Of a stretch of 64,000 bases of DNA, positions 29,058 to 40,323 are shown piece after piece. The notes under the pieces were generated by a model. It made no database searches. It was not told where the DNA came from and worked only from the letters and a program-made list of their open reading frames with translations. A program made the position numbers and the translations under genes. The stretch is from an uncultured Alphaproteobacteria bacterium (lineage in GTDB: Bacteria > Pseudomonadota > Alphaproteobacteria > HIMB59 > GCA-002718135): the NCBI GenBank assembly GCA_902521325.1, contig CABYRE010000001.1:22917-86916 (forward strand), read 5' to 3'. Each line of letters opens with the position of its first letter. The stretch's first letter is position 1.

Positions 29058-32044
29058 TGATTAATCCTTTGATTCTCAGGATCAATAAATATTGGACTAG
29101 TTATTTCTACCTCAATATTTTCATTTTCCATTGGAGCGATTAAAACCCTTCCTTTTTTTTCAAGACCACCTTTAATTAAAGCTAAAGCAAAAGAACTTTT
29201 TAAATTAGGTGAATAGTAACTAGAGGTCACGTGACCAACCATTTTCATAGGTAGGGCAGTTATTTCTTCAACCAATTGAGATCCCTCTTCAAGAACTTTA
29301 TTTGGATCTTTAGTTTTTAATCCAACCAATTGTTTCCTATCTTTTTTAATTGTATCACTTCTATATAAAGCCCTTTTACCAATAAAATCATATTTCTTCT
29401 TACTAACGATCCAATCCATATCCAGATCTATTGGTGTCACTGATCCATCTGTTTCTTGACCAACAATTATAAAACCTTTTTCAGCACGAAGTACATGCAT
29501 CGCTTCAGTTCCATACGGAGTAATATTAAATTCTTTACCTTTATCTATACAAAGTTCCCAAAGATTTTTAGCATAGCCAGATGGCACATTTATTTCATAA
29601 CACATTTCCCCTGTAAAACTTATACGCATGACTCTACATTTTATTCCATTAATATGAATATTTCTAAAACTCATATGAGGAAAATTTTCTTTTGAAAAAT
29701 CAAAATCTGGAATTAATTTTTGCATCAATTTTTTTGAATTTGGACCATTTAAGCTTATTGTTCCATAGTTTTCTGTAACTGATGTTAGATATACTTCTAG
29801 TTCTGGCCATTCTGTTTGTAACCAATCTTCTAATTTTGACATAACTGATGCCGCATTTCCTGTAGTTGTTGACATAAGATAATGATACTCATCTAATCTA
29901 GTTGTCACACCATCATCAATAACCATTCCATCGTCACCCAACATTACACCATATCGACATTTTCCAATTTCTAATTTTGACCAAGAGTTTGTGTAAACTC
30001 TATTTAAAAATTCACTAACATCTCTTCCTTTAATATCTATTTTACCCAAAGTTGATGCATCTAAAATACCTATACTATCTCTAGTTGCCTTTACTTCTCT
30101 ATTTAATGCAAACTGAAAGCTCTCATTCTTTTTAGGATAATACCAAGCTCTTTTCCATTGACCTACATCTTCAAATAAAGCTTTGTTATCAATATGCCAT
30201 TGATGCATCGGACTTGTTCTCTCTAAATCAAAAAATTCTTTTACATGTCGTCCGGCAAGCGCTCCAAAAGTTACAGGTTTATATGGTAAACGAAATGTTG
30301 TCGTGCCTAATTCAGAAATTTCAGTATTAGTTAATTCTGAAATTATTCCAAGAGCATTAACATTACTAGTCTTACCTTGATCAGTTGCCATTCCTGTAGT
30401 TGTATATCTTTTAACATGTTCAATAGATTGAAAACCCTCTTTTAAAGCTAATTTAATATCTTTTGCTGTTACATCATTTTGAAAGTCCACAAACATTTTG
30501 GTTCGCGAGATGTTATTTTTAGAAGTAATCCAAATATTTTGATGTTTACCGTATTTTAGATTATCTGATTTATAATTTACCTCACTAATTTTATTTTCCT
30601 GATTATCATTTAAATATATTAATGTACTTTTTTGAGTTTGTAATAATATTTCATTTAAATCATAATCACCATTGCAACTGCCAACACACAATGTATCTTG
30701 ATATATTTCACTAGGAATAAAACTTCCATCTGAATCTCTAAATTTTAGTTTTCCCTTTGATTGAGTAAATAAATGGACAGTAGGGGTCCAACCACCAGCA
30801 ATTGCTAAAAGATCACATTTAATATTAATAGAAGATTTTTCATTACTTTTTTGAGTTGTAATTTTTTTTAATTTTATTTCTCTAATTTTTAATCTTCCAA
30901 CAGTATCGCTAATTTCATAACCTTTTAGGATACTAATACCTAATTTATTGGCTTTCTTAGAATAATAACCATCACTATCATCTCTAGCATCAACAATAGC
31001 TTCTACTTTTATACCCTGCTCAAAAAAATCTATTGCAGTTTCATAAGCACTATCATTGTTTGTAAAAAAAACTAAATTTTTTCCAGGTGAAACTCCATAC
31101 TTATTTAGGTATTTTTTTGCACTGTTAGAAAGCATAATACCGGGTCTATCATTATTATTAAAAATTATTGGTCTTTCTATCGCACCTGTTGCAAGAATAA
31201 CTTTTTTTGATCTAATTTTCCAAATTCTTTCTTTAATATCATTTTTTTTGTTTAATCCTTTTTCTGGATCAATTTCTTGTACAGCTAATAATAAATTATA
31301 ATTTAAATAAGCAAAACAAGTTGTATTTTTGATTATTTTTACATTTTGATTTTTTGAAAGTTTATCAATTATTTTATTTTTCCATTCATTAATTGGTAAG
31401 TTATCTATTTTAATATTTTTATTTTTTGTAGATAAAATTTCACCTCCAAGTTCGTCTTCTTGCTCAACTAGTAATACTTTATAATCTTTACTTGCTGCAA
31501 TGTCTGCTGAAACTAATCCACTTACTCCTGCTCCAACAACCAGAACATCACAATGATAATGAAAATGTTCGTATTTGTGGGGATCATCTTTTTTTGGAGA
31601 TTTACCAAGTCCTGCAGCGTGTCTTATAAAAAACTCATATGCTTTCCAAAACTTTGGCGGCCACATAAAGGTCTTGTAATAAAATCCTGCGGGAAAAAAT
31701 GGGGATAGTAAATCATTTATAGCACCAGCATCAAATTTCACTGATGGCCAATTATTTTGACTAAAAGCTTTTAACCCCTCATATATCTGGACCTCAGTTA
31801 CTCTTCTATTAGGTTCGGTATATTCTTTAGTTTCAAGCTGAACAATTCCATTAGGTTCTTCACTGCCTGCTGTATAAATACCCCGCGGTCGATGATATTT
31901 AAAACTTCTTCCAACTAAGTGAACATCATTTGCAAGAAGTGCTGAAGCTAGGGTGTCACCTTCAAATCCAAAATATTCTTTATTATCAAAATAGAACCTA
32001 ACAGACTTATTATTCTCAAGATTTTTATTATTTTTATATCGCAT
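29054..32044 (-). CDS. soxA: sarcosine oxidase alpha subunit
   Basis: 996 aa with an N-terminal 2Fe-2S-like/NAD(FAD) domains (DVLVVGAGVSGL) and a C-terminal GcvT-like folate domain (SFTGEMCYEI). Confidence 0.9.
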   Translation of the reverse strand: MRYKNNKNLENNKSVRFYFDNKEYFGFEGDTLASALLANDVHLVGRSFKYHRPRGIYTAGSEEPNGIVQLETKEYTEPNRRVTEVQIYEGLKAFSQNNWPSVKFDAGAINDLLSPFFPAGFYYKTFMWPPKFWKAYEFFIRHAAGLGKSPKKDDPHKYEHFHYHCDVLVVGAGVSGLVSADIAASKDYKVLLVEQEDELGGEILSTKNKNIKIDNLPINEWKNKIIDKLSKNQNVKIIKNTTCFAYLNYNLLLAVQEIDPEKGLNKKNDIKERIWKIRSKKVILATGAIERPIIFNNNDRPGIMLSNSAKKYLNKYGVSPGKNLVFFTNNDSAYETAIDFFEQGIKVEAIVDARDDSDGYYSKKANKLGISILKGYEISDTVGRLKIREIKLKKITTQKSNEKSSINIKCDLLAIAGGWTPTVHLFTQSKGKLKFRDSDGSFIPSEIYQDTLCVGSCNGDYDLNEILLQTQKSTLIYLNDNQENKISEVNYKSDNLKYGKHQNIWITSKNNISRTKMFVDFQNDVTAKDIKLALKEGFQSIEHVKRYTTTGMATDQGKTSNVNALGIISELTNTEISELGTTTFRLPYKPVTFGALAGRHVKEFFDLERTSPMHQWHIDNKALFEDVGQWKRAWYYPKKNESFQFALNREVKATRDSIGILDASTLGKIDIKGRDVSEFLNRVYTNSWSKLEIGKCRYGVMLGDDGMVIDDGVTTRLDEYHYLMSTTTGNAASVMSKLEDWLQTEWPELEVYLTSVTENYGTISLNGPNSKKLMQKLIPDFDFSKENFPHMSFRNIHINGIKCRVMRISFTGEMCYEINVPSGYAKNLWELCIDKGKEFNITPYGTEAMHVLRAEKGFIIVGQETDGSVTPIDLDMDWIVSKKKYDFIGKRALYRSDTIKKDRKQLVGLKTKDPNKVLEEGSQLVEEITALPMKMVGHVTSSYYSPNLKSSFALALIKGGLEKKGRVLIAPMENENIEVEITSPIFIDPENQRINQ

Positions 32045-32052
32045 CTTTATTT

Positions 32053-32409
32053 TTAAAATCTATCTTTTTTCGACGTTGATAAATTCCCTGATCCAATACT
32101 TGGTTCACCTGAAGGAGTAGCTGGAATATTTGCTTTTAATTTAGGAGGAGCTTCTCCCATCTTATATACCGCAAGAATTTCATCGGTTGCTGTATTTCTT
32201 GCTAAATTAAACCATTGCCTGCATCCATATTCATGGTTCCATCTTTCATAATGAATACCCTTTTCATTTTTTCGCAAGAATAAATATTCCGCCCATTGAT
32301 CATCAGAAAGTTCAGGAGGATTTTTTGGTCTTGCAATATGAGCTTCACCTCCACAAGAAAATTCAGCTTGATCTCTTTCTCCACAATAAGGGCAATTTAT
32401 TAAAAACAT
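32053..32409 (-). CDS. soxD: sarcosine oxidase delta subunit
   Basis: 118 aa with the N-terminal Zn-ribbon signature CPYCGERDQAEFSCGGEAHIARP...ERW.H..GC..WF. Confidence 0.85.
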   Translation of the reverse strand: MFLINCPYCGERDQAEFSCGGEAHIARPKNPPELSDDQWAEYLFLRKNEKGIHYERWNHEYGCRQWFNLARNTATDEILAVYKMGEAPPKLKANIPATPSGEPSIGSGNLSTSKKDRF

Positions 32410-32412
32410 GAT

Positions 32413-33672
32413 TTAATGTGCTACGGCAGCTGCACCATGTTCATCAACTAATTCACCACTAGAAAATCTATTTATTGTAAAAGGAGCGTTTAATTCATGT
32501 GCTTGATCATTAGCTATAGTGTGAGCAAATACCCAACCAGAACCTGGCGTTGCTTTGAAACCGCCTGTTCCCCAACCACAATTAAAATATAATCCGTTTA
32601 TATGAGTTTTGCTGATAATTGGGCTTGCATCAGGACAAATATCTACGATTCCTCCCCAATGACGAAGCATTTTCATTCTAGAAAATATTGGAAACAATTC
32701 AACGATTGCCATTAAAGTATCTTCAACAATATTAAAGCCACCTCTTTGAGTATATGAAGTGTATCCATCTGTTCCAGCACCAATAACTAATTCCCCTTTA
32801 TCTGACTGAGATACATACGCATGAATTGTATTTGACATCACTACAGTATCAATAACTGGTTTTACTGGTTCTGAAACTAGAGCTTGTAATGGTTTACTCT
32901 CTAGGGGTAATTTTATTCCTACCATATTGGCAATAACACTGGTATGGCCTGCAGCAGCTATACCAATTTTATTTGAATTAATGGTTCCATTGGTTGTTTC
33001 AATACCAGTTACATTTCCATTTTTAACATTTATTCCTGTTACTTCACAATTTTGAATTATATCAACTCCCATCTCATCAGCTCCTCTTGCATAACCCCAT
33101 GCAACAGCATCATGTCTTGCAGTTCCTGCTCTTCTTTGTAGTGTTGCTCCTAAAACAGGATATCTAATATTTGGTGAAGTATTTATTATTGGACAAAATT
33201 CTTTAACTTTCTTTGTATCAAGCCATTCACAATCGATATCATTTAGTCTGTTTGCATGCCACCGTCTTTTTAATTCTCTTACATCATGAAGATTATGAGC
33301 AACATTCAAAACTCCTCTTTGAGAAAACATAACGTTGTAATTTAATTCTTGAGACATACCTTCCCAAAGTTTTAATGCATGCTCGTATAAAGCTGCACTT
33401 TGATCCCATAAATAGTTTGATCTAATTATAGTGGTATTTCGCCCAGTATTCCCCCCGCCTATCCAACCTTTTTCAATTACTGCAATATTATTAATTCCAT
33501 GGTTTTTTGCTAAATAGTAAGCAGTAGTTAAACCGTGTCCACCACCACCGACTATTATTGCATCATAACTTTTTTTTGGTTCAGGACTATTCCACGTCTT
33601 TTGCCAATTCTCATGATGATTTAAAGCGTTTCTAGCAATAGATAGAAATGAATATTTATTATTGTTAAACAT
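32413..33672 (-). CDS. soxB: sarcosine oxidase beta subunit
   Basis: 419 aa: [40 protein letters not shown] (covalent-FMN His region), C-terminal CGWGTGGFK. Confidence 0.9.
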   Translation of the reverse strand: MFNNNKYSFLSIARNALNHHENWQKTWNSPEPKKSYDAIIVGGGGHGLTTAYYLAKNHGINNIAVIEKGWIGGGNTGRNTTIIRSNYLWDQSAALYEHALKLWEGMSQELNYNVMFSQRGVLNVAHNLHDVRELKRRWHANRLNDIDCEWLDTKKVKEFCPIINTSPNIRYPVLGATLQRRAGTARHDAVAWGYARGADEMGVDIIQNCEVTGINVKNGNVTGIETTNGTINSNKIGIAAAGHTSVIANMVGIKLPLESKPLQALVSEPVKPVIDTVVMSNTIHAYVSQSDKGELVIGAGTDGYTSYTQRGGFNIVEDTLMAIVELFPIFSRMKMLRHWGGIVDICPDASPIISKTHINGLYFNCGWGTGGFKATPGSGWVFAHTIANDQAHELNAPFTINRFSSGELVDEHGAAAVAH

Positions 33673-33692
33673 TATAACTCTTTATAGCAGTT

Positions 33693-35366
33693 TTAAAAAA
33701 GACCTTCAATTTCTCCTTGTTCATTTAGCTTTATCGAATTTGCCGCAGGAACACTTGGTAGACCAGGCATGGTCATAATATCACCGCAAACAACTACTAT
33801 AAATTCTGCTCCTGATGACAATCTTACCTCTCTAATAGGCAAAACGTGGCCTGTAGGCGCACCTTTTAAATTAGGGTCGGTTGAAAAACTATATTGAGTT
33901 TTTGCAATGCAAACAGGTAATCTGCCAAATCCTTTAGTTTCAAAATCCTTCAATTGTTGACGTACTTTCGTGTCTGCCACGACTTCACTTGCGTGATAAA
34001 TCTCTTGTGCAATTTTTTCTATTTTTTTGAATAGAGTTAAATCATCTTCATATAAAAACTTAAATGTATTTTTATTTTCTTCACACATATCTATTACATT
34101 TTGAGCTAATTCAGTTGCACCATCACCACCATCGGACCAGTGAGTACACATAGAAGCCTTGACTCCTTGAGTTGTACAAAAACTTAGAACCGCATCTACT
34201 TCATCTTTTGAATCTGTAATAAAATGATTAATCGCAACAGTTACTGGTAATCCAAATTTTCTAACATTATTAATATGTCTTTCTAGATTTACTAAACCTT
34301 TTTTAAGAGCATTTACATTTTCATTTTTTAAATCTTCTTTTGAAACATCGCCATGCATTTTTAGTGCTCTAATTGTAGCTACCAAAACCACACAATCAGG
34401 TTTTAAATTTGATTTTCTACATTTTATATCAAGGAATTTTTCTGCTCCTAGATCAGCTCCAAAGCCTGCTTCAGTTACAACGTAATCACTTAATTTTAAA
34501 CTGGCTTTAGTTGCAATTACAGAATTGCAACCATGAGCAATATTTGCAAATGGCCCACCATGAATTATAGCAGGATTATTTTCTAACGTCTGTGTTATGT
34601 TGGGTCTAATGGCATCTTTTAATAATACTGTCATTGGACCTTGTGCATTTAAATTTTTTGCATAAATAGCTTTTTTGTCTCGTGTATAAGCAATAGTTAT
34701 ATTTCCGATTCTTTCTTCCAAATCTTTTAAATCTTTTGCTAAGCAGAAAATTGCCATTATCTCCGATGCAACAGTAATATCAAAACCATCTTGTCTAGGA
34801 TATCCATTTGCAACTCCTCCTAAATCAACTACAATAGATCTCAGTGATCTATCATTCATATCCATTACTCTTTTCCAAACAACTCTTCTAACATCAATAT
34901 TTAATTTATTTCCCCAGTAGATATGATTATCAATTAATGCAGAGAGTAAATTATGAGCTGACGTAATTGCATGAAAATCTCCAGTAAAATGAAGATTAAT
35001 TTGCTCCATTGGAACTACTTGAGCATAACCTCCACCAGCTGCCCCACCTTTCATACCGAATGATGGTCCAAGACTTGGCTCTCTTAAACAAACAATAGAT
35101 TTCTTTCCTAATTTATTGAGGCCATCACTTAATCCAACAGAAGTTGTTGTTTTACCTTCACCTGCTGGTGTTGGAGTTATTGCTGAAACTAGGACAAGTT
35201 TACCATCTTTATTTTTATTAAGTGAATCTATGAACTCCAAGTTTATTTTTGCTATGTGACGACCCATAGGACTGAATGCTTCTGGTGTATCTGGTACATC
35301 AAGCTCTTTTAGAATTTCACTAATAGGTTTCATTTTAGCTTTTCTTGCGATTTCAATATCTGACAT
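33693..35366 (-). CDS. fhs: formate--tetrahydrofolate ligase
   Basis: 557 aa: MSDIEIA....[41 protein letters not shown]. Confidence 0.95.
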   Translation of the reverse strand: MSDIEIARKAKMKPISEILKELDVPDTPEAFSPMGRHIAKINLEFIDSLNKNKDGKLVLVSAITPTPAGEGKTTTSVGLSDGLNKLGKKSIVCLREPSLGPSFGMKGGAAGGGYAQVVPMEQINLHFTGDFHAITSAHNLLSALIDNHIYWGNKLNIDVRRVVWKRVMDMNDRSLRSIVVDLGGVANGYPRQDGFDITVASEIMAIFCLAKDLKDLEERIGNITIAYTRDKKAIYAKNLNAQGPMTVLLKDAIRPNITQTLENNPAIIHGGPFANIAHGCNSVIATKASLKLSDYVVTEAGFGADLGAEKFLDIKCRKSNLKPDCVVLVATIRALKMHGDVSKEDLKNENVNALKKGLVNLERHINNVRKFGLPVTVAINHFITDSKDEVDAVLSFCTTQGVKASMCTHWSDGGDGATELAQNVIDMCEENKNTFKFLYEDDLTLFKKIEKIAQEIYHASEVVADTKVRQQLKDFETKGFGRLPVCIAKTQYSFSTDPNLKGAPTGHVLPIREVRLSSGAEFIVVVCGDIMTMPGLPSVPAANSIKLNEQGEIEGLF

Positions 35367-35459
35367 GAGACTCCTAAATTATTAAATTCTTAGTCTATAA
35401 ATTAACTTCAATATCAAACAACTTTTGTTTCTTAAAAATATTAAAAAATTGTGAAGAAG

Positions 35460-36353
35460 CTAATTTAACTCGAATTTCTGTTTATTATTATAAGAAAAAT
35501 CTGCGTTATTAAATTGATTTAACCATTCTGACGTTTTTTTCATACCACCAAAAGCGTAAAAGTGTATTTTTTCAATTTTAGAGTCTTTGTTCATCTCGCT
35601 ATGTTCAGCAAGATCATAAATTAATTTATCAGGAGTGTTTAATGTTGCGAGTTTGGTTAAATTAAAAGCTTGTTTTGTAATAAATCTTAGAGAATTTCCA
35701 ATACCACAAGATCTTGCATAATTTATTAATGTTTTAATAGAAGCAGGACCAGGTATACCAGCATGGATTGGTAATTTGTTTCCAATTTTTACTAAGTGTT
35801 TTTCCCAATCTATTAAAGATTTAGCTTCAAAAAAAAATTGAGTTGCTAAATACATTTTAAAATCAGCATTTTTTGCAAAATCATTTTTTTGTTTGATTGC
35901 TAAATCTAAATTTTCATTTGAAATATCTGGACTTCCTTCTGGATGGCCAGCTACACCTACAGATTGATAATTATATTTTGAAAGAAAATCTGTTTTTAAA
36001 ACATCAATTGAAGAAGAAATCTCACCAGCCTGATTTCCACCACCACCAATAATTAACATTTTTGAACACCCACATTCATTTGCAAGTTCACCAATATATT
36101 TTTCTAAGTCATTTTTGTTTATAATAGTCCTCGCTGGTAAATGAGGTATAACCTCATAACCTTCCAATTTTAATTTTTTTGCTGTTTTAATTACATTTTT
36201 TGAATTTTCATCTGGTAAAAAAGTTATATAAATGTCATGATTTTTATCTAGAAATTCAGAAAAGTTTCCATATTTTTCGTAAACATTTGGAGTTGTTTCT
36301 ATAGAATAACTCTTGAGAAACTTTTTAACAACATTAATGGTCTCTTTAGACAT
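35460..36353 (-). CDS. metF: methylenetetrahydrofolate reductase family protein
   Basis: 297 aa with VGVAGHPEGSPD, ATQFFFE and PIHAGIPGP segments. These parallel the MTHFR motifs VAGYPEGHP / ITQLFFD / PI.PGI.P. It sits upstream of fhs-sox on the same strand. Confidence 0.7.
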   Translation of the reverse strand: MSKETINVVKKFLKSYSIETTPNVYEKYGNFSEFLDKNHDIYITFLPDENSKNVIKTAKKLKLEGYEVIPHLPARTIINKNDLEKYIGELANECGCSKMLIIGGGGNQAGEISSSIDVLKTDFLSKYNYQSVGVAGHPEGSPDISNENLDLAIKQKNDFAKNADFKMYLATQFFFEAKSLIDWEKHLVKIGNKLPIHAGIPGPASIKTLINYARSCGIGNSLRFITKQAFNLTKLATLNTPDKLIYDLAEHSEMNKDSKIEKIHFYAFGGMKKTSEWLNQFNNADFSYNNKQKFELN

Positions 36354-36386
36354 AAATTTTTTTAAGTTTTTATATTAATTAGATAA

Positions 36387-37322
36387 ATGAACAACAAATA
36401 CTTTTCTATAATTACTTTTTATCAATTCAAAATAATTAAAGATAAAAATGATGTTATTACTAAACTTAAAGATTTTTGTAAATTCAATAAAATAAAAGGA
36501 ACAATATTGATTGCAGATGAGGGCATAAATGGAACAATAGCTGGATTACAGAAAAACATGAACTCATTCATTCTATTTCTTGAAAATATTAGCTTTGAGA
36601 ATCTTAATCTTAAACAGTCAAAATACAAATACATGCCTTTTCAAAAACTTAAAATTAGAAGTAAAAATGAAATAGTCACATTAAGAACTAAATTTGCTGA
36701 TCCTACAAAAATATCTGGTAAAAAAGTTAAATACAATGAATGGAATAAAATATTAAAAGACAAAGACACTATTGTTATTGATGTAAGAAATAATTTTGAG
36801 GTTAAAATAGGATCTTTTGAAGGAGCAATTAATCCAAAAACTAAAAGTTTTACTGACTTCAAATCTTTTATTCAAAAAAAATTAAATAAATCAAAAGATA
36901 AAAAAATTGCAATGTTTTGCACTGGAGGTATTAGGTGCGAAAAAGCTTCATCTTATATGATGATGAAAGGTTTTAAAAATGTTGCTCAGTTAGATGGAGG
37001 TATACTAAAGTATTTAGAAAAAACTCCAAAAAAAGATTCAATGTGGAATGGTGAATGCTTCGTATTTGATGGAAGAGTATCTTTGAAAAATGAATTAAAA
37101 GAGGGAACTTATAAACTTTGTCATGCTTGTTGGTTACCGATTAGCAATAAAGATACTTATTCTAAATATTATAACGCAGGTATATCTTGTCATAAATGTT
37201 TTGATAAAACATCTGATGAAAAGAAAAAAAACTTACTTGAAAGAAATAAACAAATTATACTTGATAAAAAAAGAGGAAATTTTAACCGTTTTATTAAGCA
37301 GTCAATTTCTGATTATGAATAA
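36387..37322 (+). CDS. trhO: rhodanese-domain protein TrhO/YceA (tRNA uridine(34) hydroxylase, UPF0176)
   Basis: 311 aa with the N-terminal UPF0176 pattern (FYQF..I.D.......L...C....IKGTILIA.EGINGTIAG) and the rhodanese active-site loop CTGGIRCEKAS. Confidence 0.8.
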   Translation: MNNKYFSIITFYQFKIIKDKNDVITKLKDFCKFNKIKGTILIADEGINGTIAGLQKNMNSFILFLENISFENLNLKQSKYKYMPFQKLKIRSKNEIVTLRTKFADPTKISGKKVKYNEWNKILKDKDTIVIDVRNNFEVKIGSFEGAINPKTKSFTDFKSFIQKKLNKSKDKKIAMFCTGGIRCEKASSYMMMKGFKNVAQLDGGILKYLEKTPKKDSMWNGECFVFDGRVSLKNELKEGTYKLCHACWLPISNKDTYSKYYNAGISCHKCFDKTSDEKKKNLLERNKQIILDKKRGNFNRFIKQSISDYE

Positions 37323-37363
37323 ATAATACTTTATTTCATATAATTATTCTGTATAGACACTTC

Positions 37364-37558
37364 ATGGCAAAAAAAACTTCATTCGCTCTGAAACAACTAG
37401 TACCTGAAGAAAATCCAAAAACAGGAACTAAATATATTGTAAGAAAACCGACAAAAGGATTGAAAGTTGCTGAAAAGCTTCGAATGAAAAAATATGACCC
37501 TGTGTTAAAAAAACACGTTTGGTTTGTAGAGAAAAAAATGCCTCCTCATAGTAAATAA
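37364..37558 (+). CDS. rpmG: 50S ribosomal protein L33
   Basis: 64 aa. ...EKLRMKKYDPVLKKHVWFVEKKM matches the L33 C-terminal signature (KLE.RKYDPV.RKHV.FKE.K). There are no Cys residues, so it is the non-zinc form. Confidence 0.8.
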   Translation: MAKKTSFALKQLVPEENPKTGTKYIVRKPTKGLKVAEKLRMKKYDPVLKKHVWFVEKKMPPHSK

Positions 37559-37604
37559 TAGATTTACCTCTTTAATTTATTCTAAATTAACATAATTTAA
37601 ATTT

Positions 37605-39026
37605 ATGGCAGCGACTTATGGAATTCATTGGTTTAGACAAGATTTGCGATTACAAGAAAATCCATCTTTATTGTCACTTTCAAAAAAAGTTGATCAGATA
37701 ATTCCAATTTATATTTTTGATTTAAATCAAAGAATTGGATCCACATCCAAATGGTGGTTAAAAAAATCTTTGAATAGTTTATATGATTCAATACAAAAGC
37801 ATAATGGCAAACTAAATATATTTGCTGGTGATCCAGAGAAAATTATATCTTCAATATTAAAGAATTCAAATGTTAAATGTATATCTTGGAATAGACTATA
37901 TGATCCATACTCAATTAAAAGAGATACTATAATTAAATCTATAGTTACTTCATCTAAAATAGAATGTGACTCGCACAATGGATATCTTTTAAATGAACCT
38001 TGGAATATTAAAAATAAAAGTGGAACCTTTTTTAAAGTATTTACTCCTTACTGGCGACATTGTGATGAACTACTAAAACTAAAAGATATTAAATTTAAAA
38101 ATACAAAAATATGCTACGCCAGTTCAAAATTTAAAAATGAAATAACTATACAAGATTTAAATCTAACTAACAAAAAAGAGCAATGGATCAAAAAAATTGA
38201 AAAATATTGGATACCTGGTGAAAGTAATGCAAAATTACAATTAAAAAAATATATTTCGGAAAAGGCAAATAACTATTCAGTTGGAAGAGATAGGCCCGAT
38301 AAAGATTTAACTTCAAAATTATCACCTTATCTTCATTTTGGAGAAATATCTGCTTTGGAAGTTTATCATACCGTAAATCAGGAAAAAAAAATTGATCCTG
38401 AAAATAAAAATAAATTTCTTGCCGAACTTGGCTGGAGAGATTTTTCTTATAATCTTTTATTTCATTATCCAGATATGACTCATAAACCTATACAAAGTAA
38501 ATTTAATAAATTTCCATGGATAAAAAATGCTAAAAATTTATCATTATGGCATAATGGTAAAACTGGTATTCCAATTGTTGATGCTGGGATGAGACAATTA
38601 TATAAAATAGGCTGGATGCATAATAGAGTAAGAATGATTGTAGGATCGTTTTTAACAAAAAATTTATTGTTACATTGGAAAAATGGGGAAGAGTGGTTTT
38701 TTGATACTTTAGTTGATGCTGATGTTGGATCTAATTCTGCTGGTTGGCAATGGATTTCTGGTTGTGGTGCTGATGCAAGTCCATATTTTAGAATTTTTAA
38801 TCCAATATTACAGGGTCAAAAATTTGATCCAGATGGTGATTATGTAAAAGAATTTGTTCCTGAGTTGAATAATATTCCAAAAAAATATATTCATAATCCC
38901 TGGGAGATGTCTATGGAGGATCAAAAGAAATATAATTTTGAGATTGGTACTTCATATCCATTACCAATTGTAGATTTAAAAGAAACAAGAAATAGAGCAC
39001 TATCAGCATTTAAAACTATTAGTTGA
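37605..39026 (+). CDS. phrB: deoxyribodipyrimidine photolyase (class I CPD photolyase/cryptochrome family)
   Basis: 473 aa: IHWFRQDLRLQENPSL, SKLSPYLHFGEIS, GWRDFSYNLL, TGIPIVDAGMRQLYKIGWMHNRVRMIVGSFL, DADVGSNSAGWQW. Confidence 0.9.
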   Translation: MAATYGIHWFRQDLRLQENPSLLSLSKKVDQIIPIYIFDLNQRIGSTSKWWLKKSLNSLYDSIQKHNGKLNIFAGDPEKIISSILKNSNVKCISWNRLYDPYSIKRDTIIKSIVTSSKIECDSHNGYLLNEPWNIKNKSGTFFKVFTPYWRHCDELLKLKDIKFKNTKICYASSKFKNEITIQDLNLTNKKEQWIKKIEKYWIPGESNAKLQLKKYISEKANNYSVGRDRPDKDLTSKLSPYLHFGEISALEVYHTVNQEKKIDPENKNKFLAELGWRDFSYNLLFHYPDMTHKPIQSKFNKFPWIKNAKNLSLWHNGKTGIPIVDAGMRQLYKIGWMHNRVRMIVGSFLTKNLLLHWKNGEEWFFDTLVDADVGSNSAGWQWISGCGADASPYFRIFNPILQGQKFDPDGDYVKEFVPELNNIPKKYIHNPWEMSMEDQKKYNFEIGTSYPLPIVDLKETRNRALSAFKTIS

Positions 39027-39027
39027 T

Positions 39028-40323
39028 GTGAGAGAAAAAATAGCAATTATTGGTTCCGGTATTTCAGGAATAAGTGCAGCTTACCTATTGTCCTCTAAAT
39101 ACGATATTTATTTATTTGAAAAAAAAAATAGATTGGGCGGACATACAAGAACTATCTATGTTGAAGAATTAACAAAGACAATCCCAGTCGATACAGGGTT
39201 TATTGTATTCAATGAAAATAATTATCCAGATTTAACAAATTTTTTTAAATTACTTAATGTGAAATGCAAAAATTCGGATATGTCTTTTGCCGTCTCAAAT
39301 CAAGATCCTCAAATTGAATATAGTGGCAAAAATATCTTTTCTCTGTTTGCTAATTTTAGAAATGTGTTTTCTTTTAATTTCTTTAAAATGTTATTTGAAA
39401 TAAGAAAACTTTATTTATTATGTAATAGCTTGAATGTTAGTGATTTACAGCAAACTAAAACCTTAAATGATTTTTTAAAAACTAATAATTTTTCAACATA
39501 CCTAATAAATTATCATATTTTACCTATGATATCATCTATATGGTCAAGCAATATAAGTGATGTAAAAAATTTTCCTCTCATAACATTTATTAATTTTTTT
39601 AAAAATCATGCTTTATTTAATTTAAAAAAAAGACCCCAATGGAAATACGTAGAAGGCGGAAGTAACGAATATATAAAAAAAATTGTTAATAAAAATGTTT
39701 TTGAGTATGAAACAAATTTCAAAATTAAAAAAATTATTAGAGAAAATAATAAAATTAAAATAGAGGATGAGAAAAATAATATATCAGAATTTCATAAGGT
39801 AATATTCGCAACACATGCTAATCAAGTATTAGATATTTTGGAAAATCCAACAGAAGAAGAAGTTAAAATATTTTCACAATTTAAATATTCAACTAACTCA
39901 GCAATACTTCACTCCGACCACTCTTTGATGCCTAAATCAAAAATTGCTTGGTCAAGTTGGAATTTTTTAAATAAGTCATCATCTTCTAAATTTACTTTAA
40001 CTTATTGGATGAATTTATTACAAAAATTACCAACTAAACAAAATTATTTTGTAACTGTTAATCCATATAAAAAGCCTAAAAATATAATTAACGAAACAAC
40101 ATTTAATCATCCAATATATACTACTGATACTATTTTAGCTCAAAAAAACGTTATGGAAATTCAGGGAAAGAACAATACTTTTTTCTGTGGAGCTTACCTT
40201 GGATATGGTTTTCATGAAGATGGGATTCAATCATCTTCTTATATTTGTAAATTATTAAATTGTGATTTACCTTGGAAGAGAGAGAAAAATTTTTATAATA
40301 GATTGCAAATTAATTTTAAATGA
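39028..40323 (+). CDS. NAD(P)/FAD-binding oxidoreductase (COG2907, amine-oxidase/desaturase-like; UfaD-like candidate)
   Basis: 431 aa with a GTG start 1 nt after the phr stop. Dinucleotide fold IAIIGSGISGISAAYLLS..YDIYLFEKKNRLGGHT. Confidence 0.75.
   Translation: MREKIAIIGSGISGISAAYLLSSKYDIYLFEKKNRLGGHTRTIYVEELTKTIPVDTGFIVFNENNYPDLTNFFKLLNVKCKNSDMSFAVSNQDPQIEYSGKNIFSLFANFRNVFSFNFFKMLFEIRKLYLLCNSLNVSDLQQTKTLNDFLKTNNFSTYLINYHILPMISSIWSSNISDVKNFPLITFINFFKNHALFNLKKRPQWKYVEGGSNEYIKKIVNKNVFEYETNFKIKKIIRENNKIKIEDEKNNISEFHKVIFATHANQVLDILENPTEEEVKIFSQFKYSTNSAILHSDHSLMPKSKIAWSSWNFLNKSSSSKFTLTYWMNLLQKLPTKQNYFVTVNPYKKPKNIINETTFNHPIYTTDTILAQKNVMEIQGKNNTFFCGAYLGYGFHEDGIQSSSYICKLLNCDLPWKREKNFYNRLQINFK

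Noticed and set aside
32202-32384. 60-aa ORF in another frame inside soxD
   Set aside because: It is fully nested in a gene with a clear Zn-ribbon SoxD signature, and its translation has no recognisable features. This is a typical chance ORF in AT-rich DNA.
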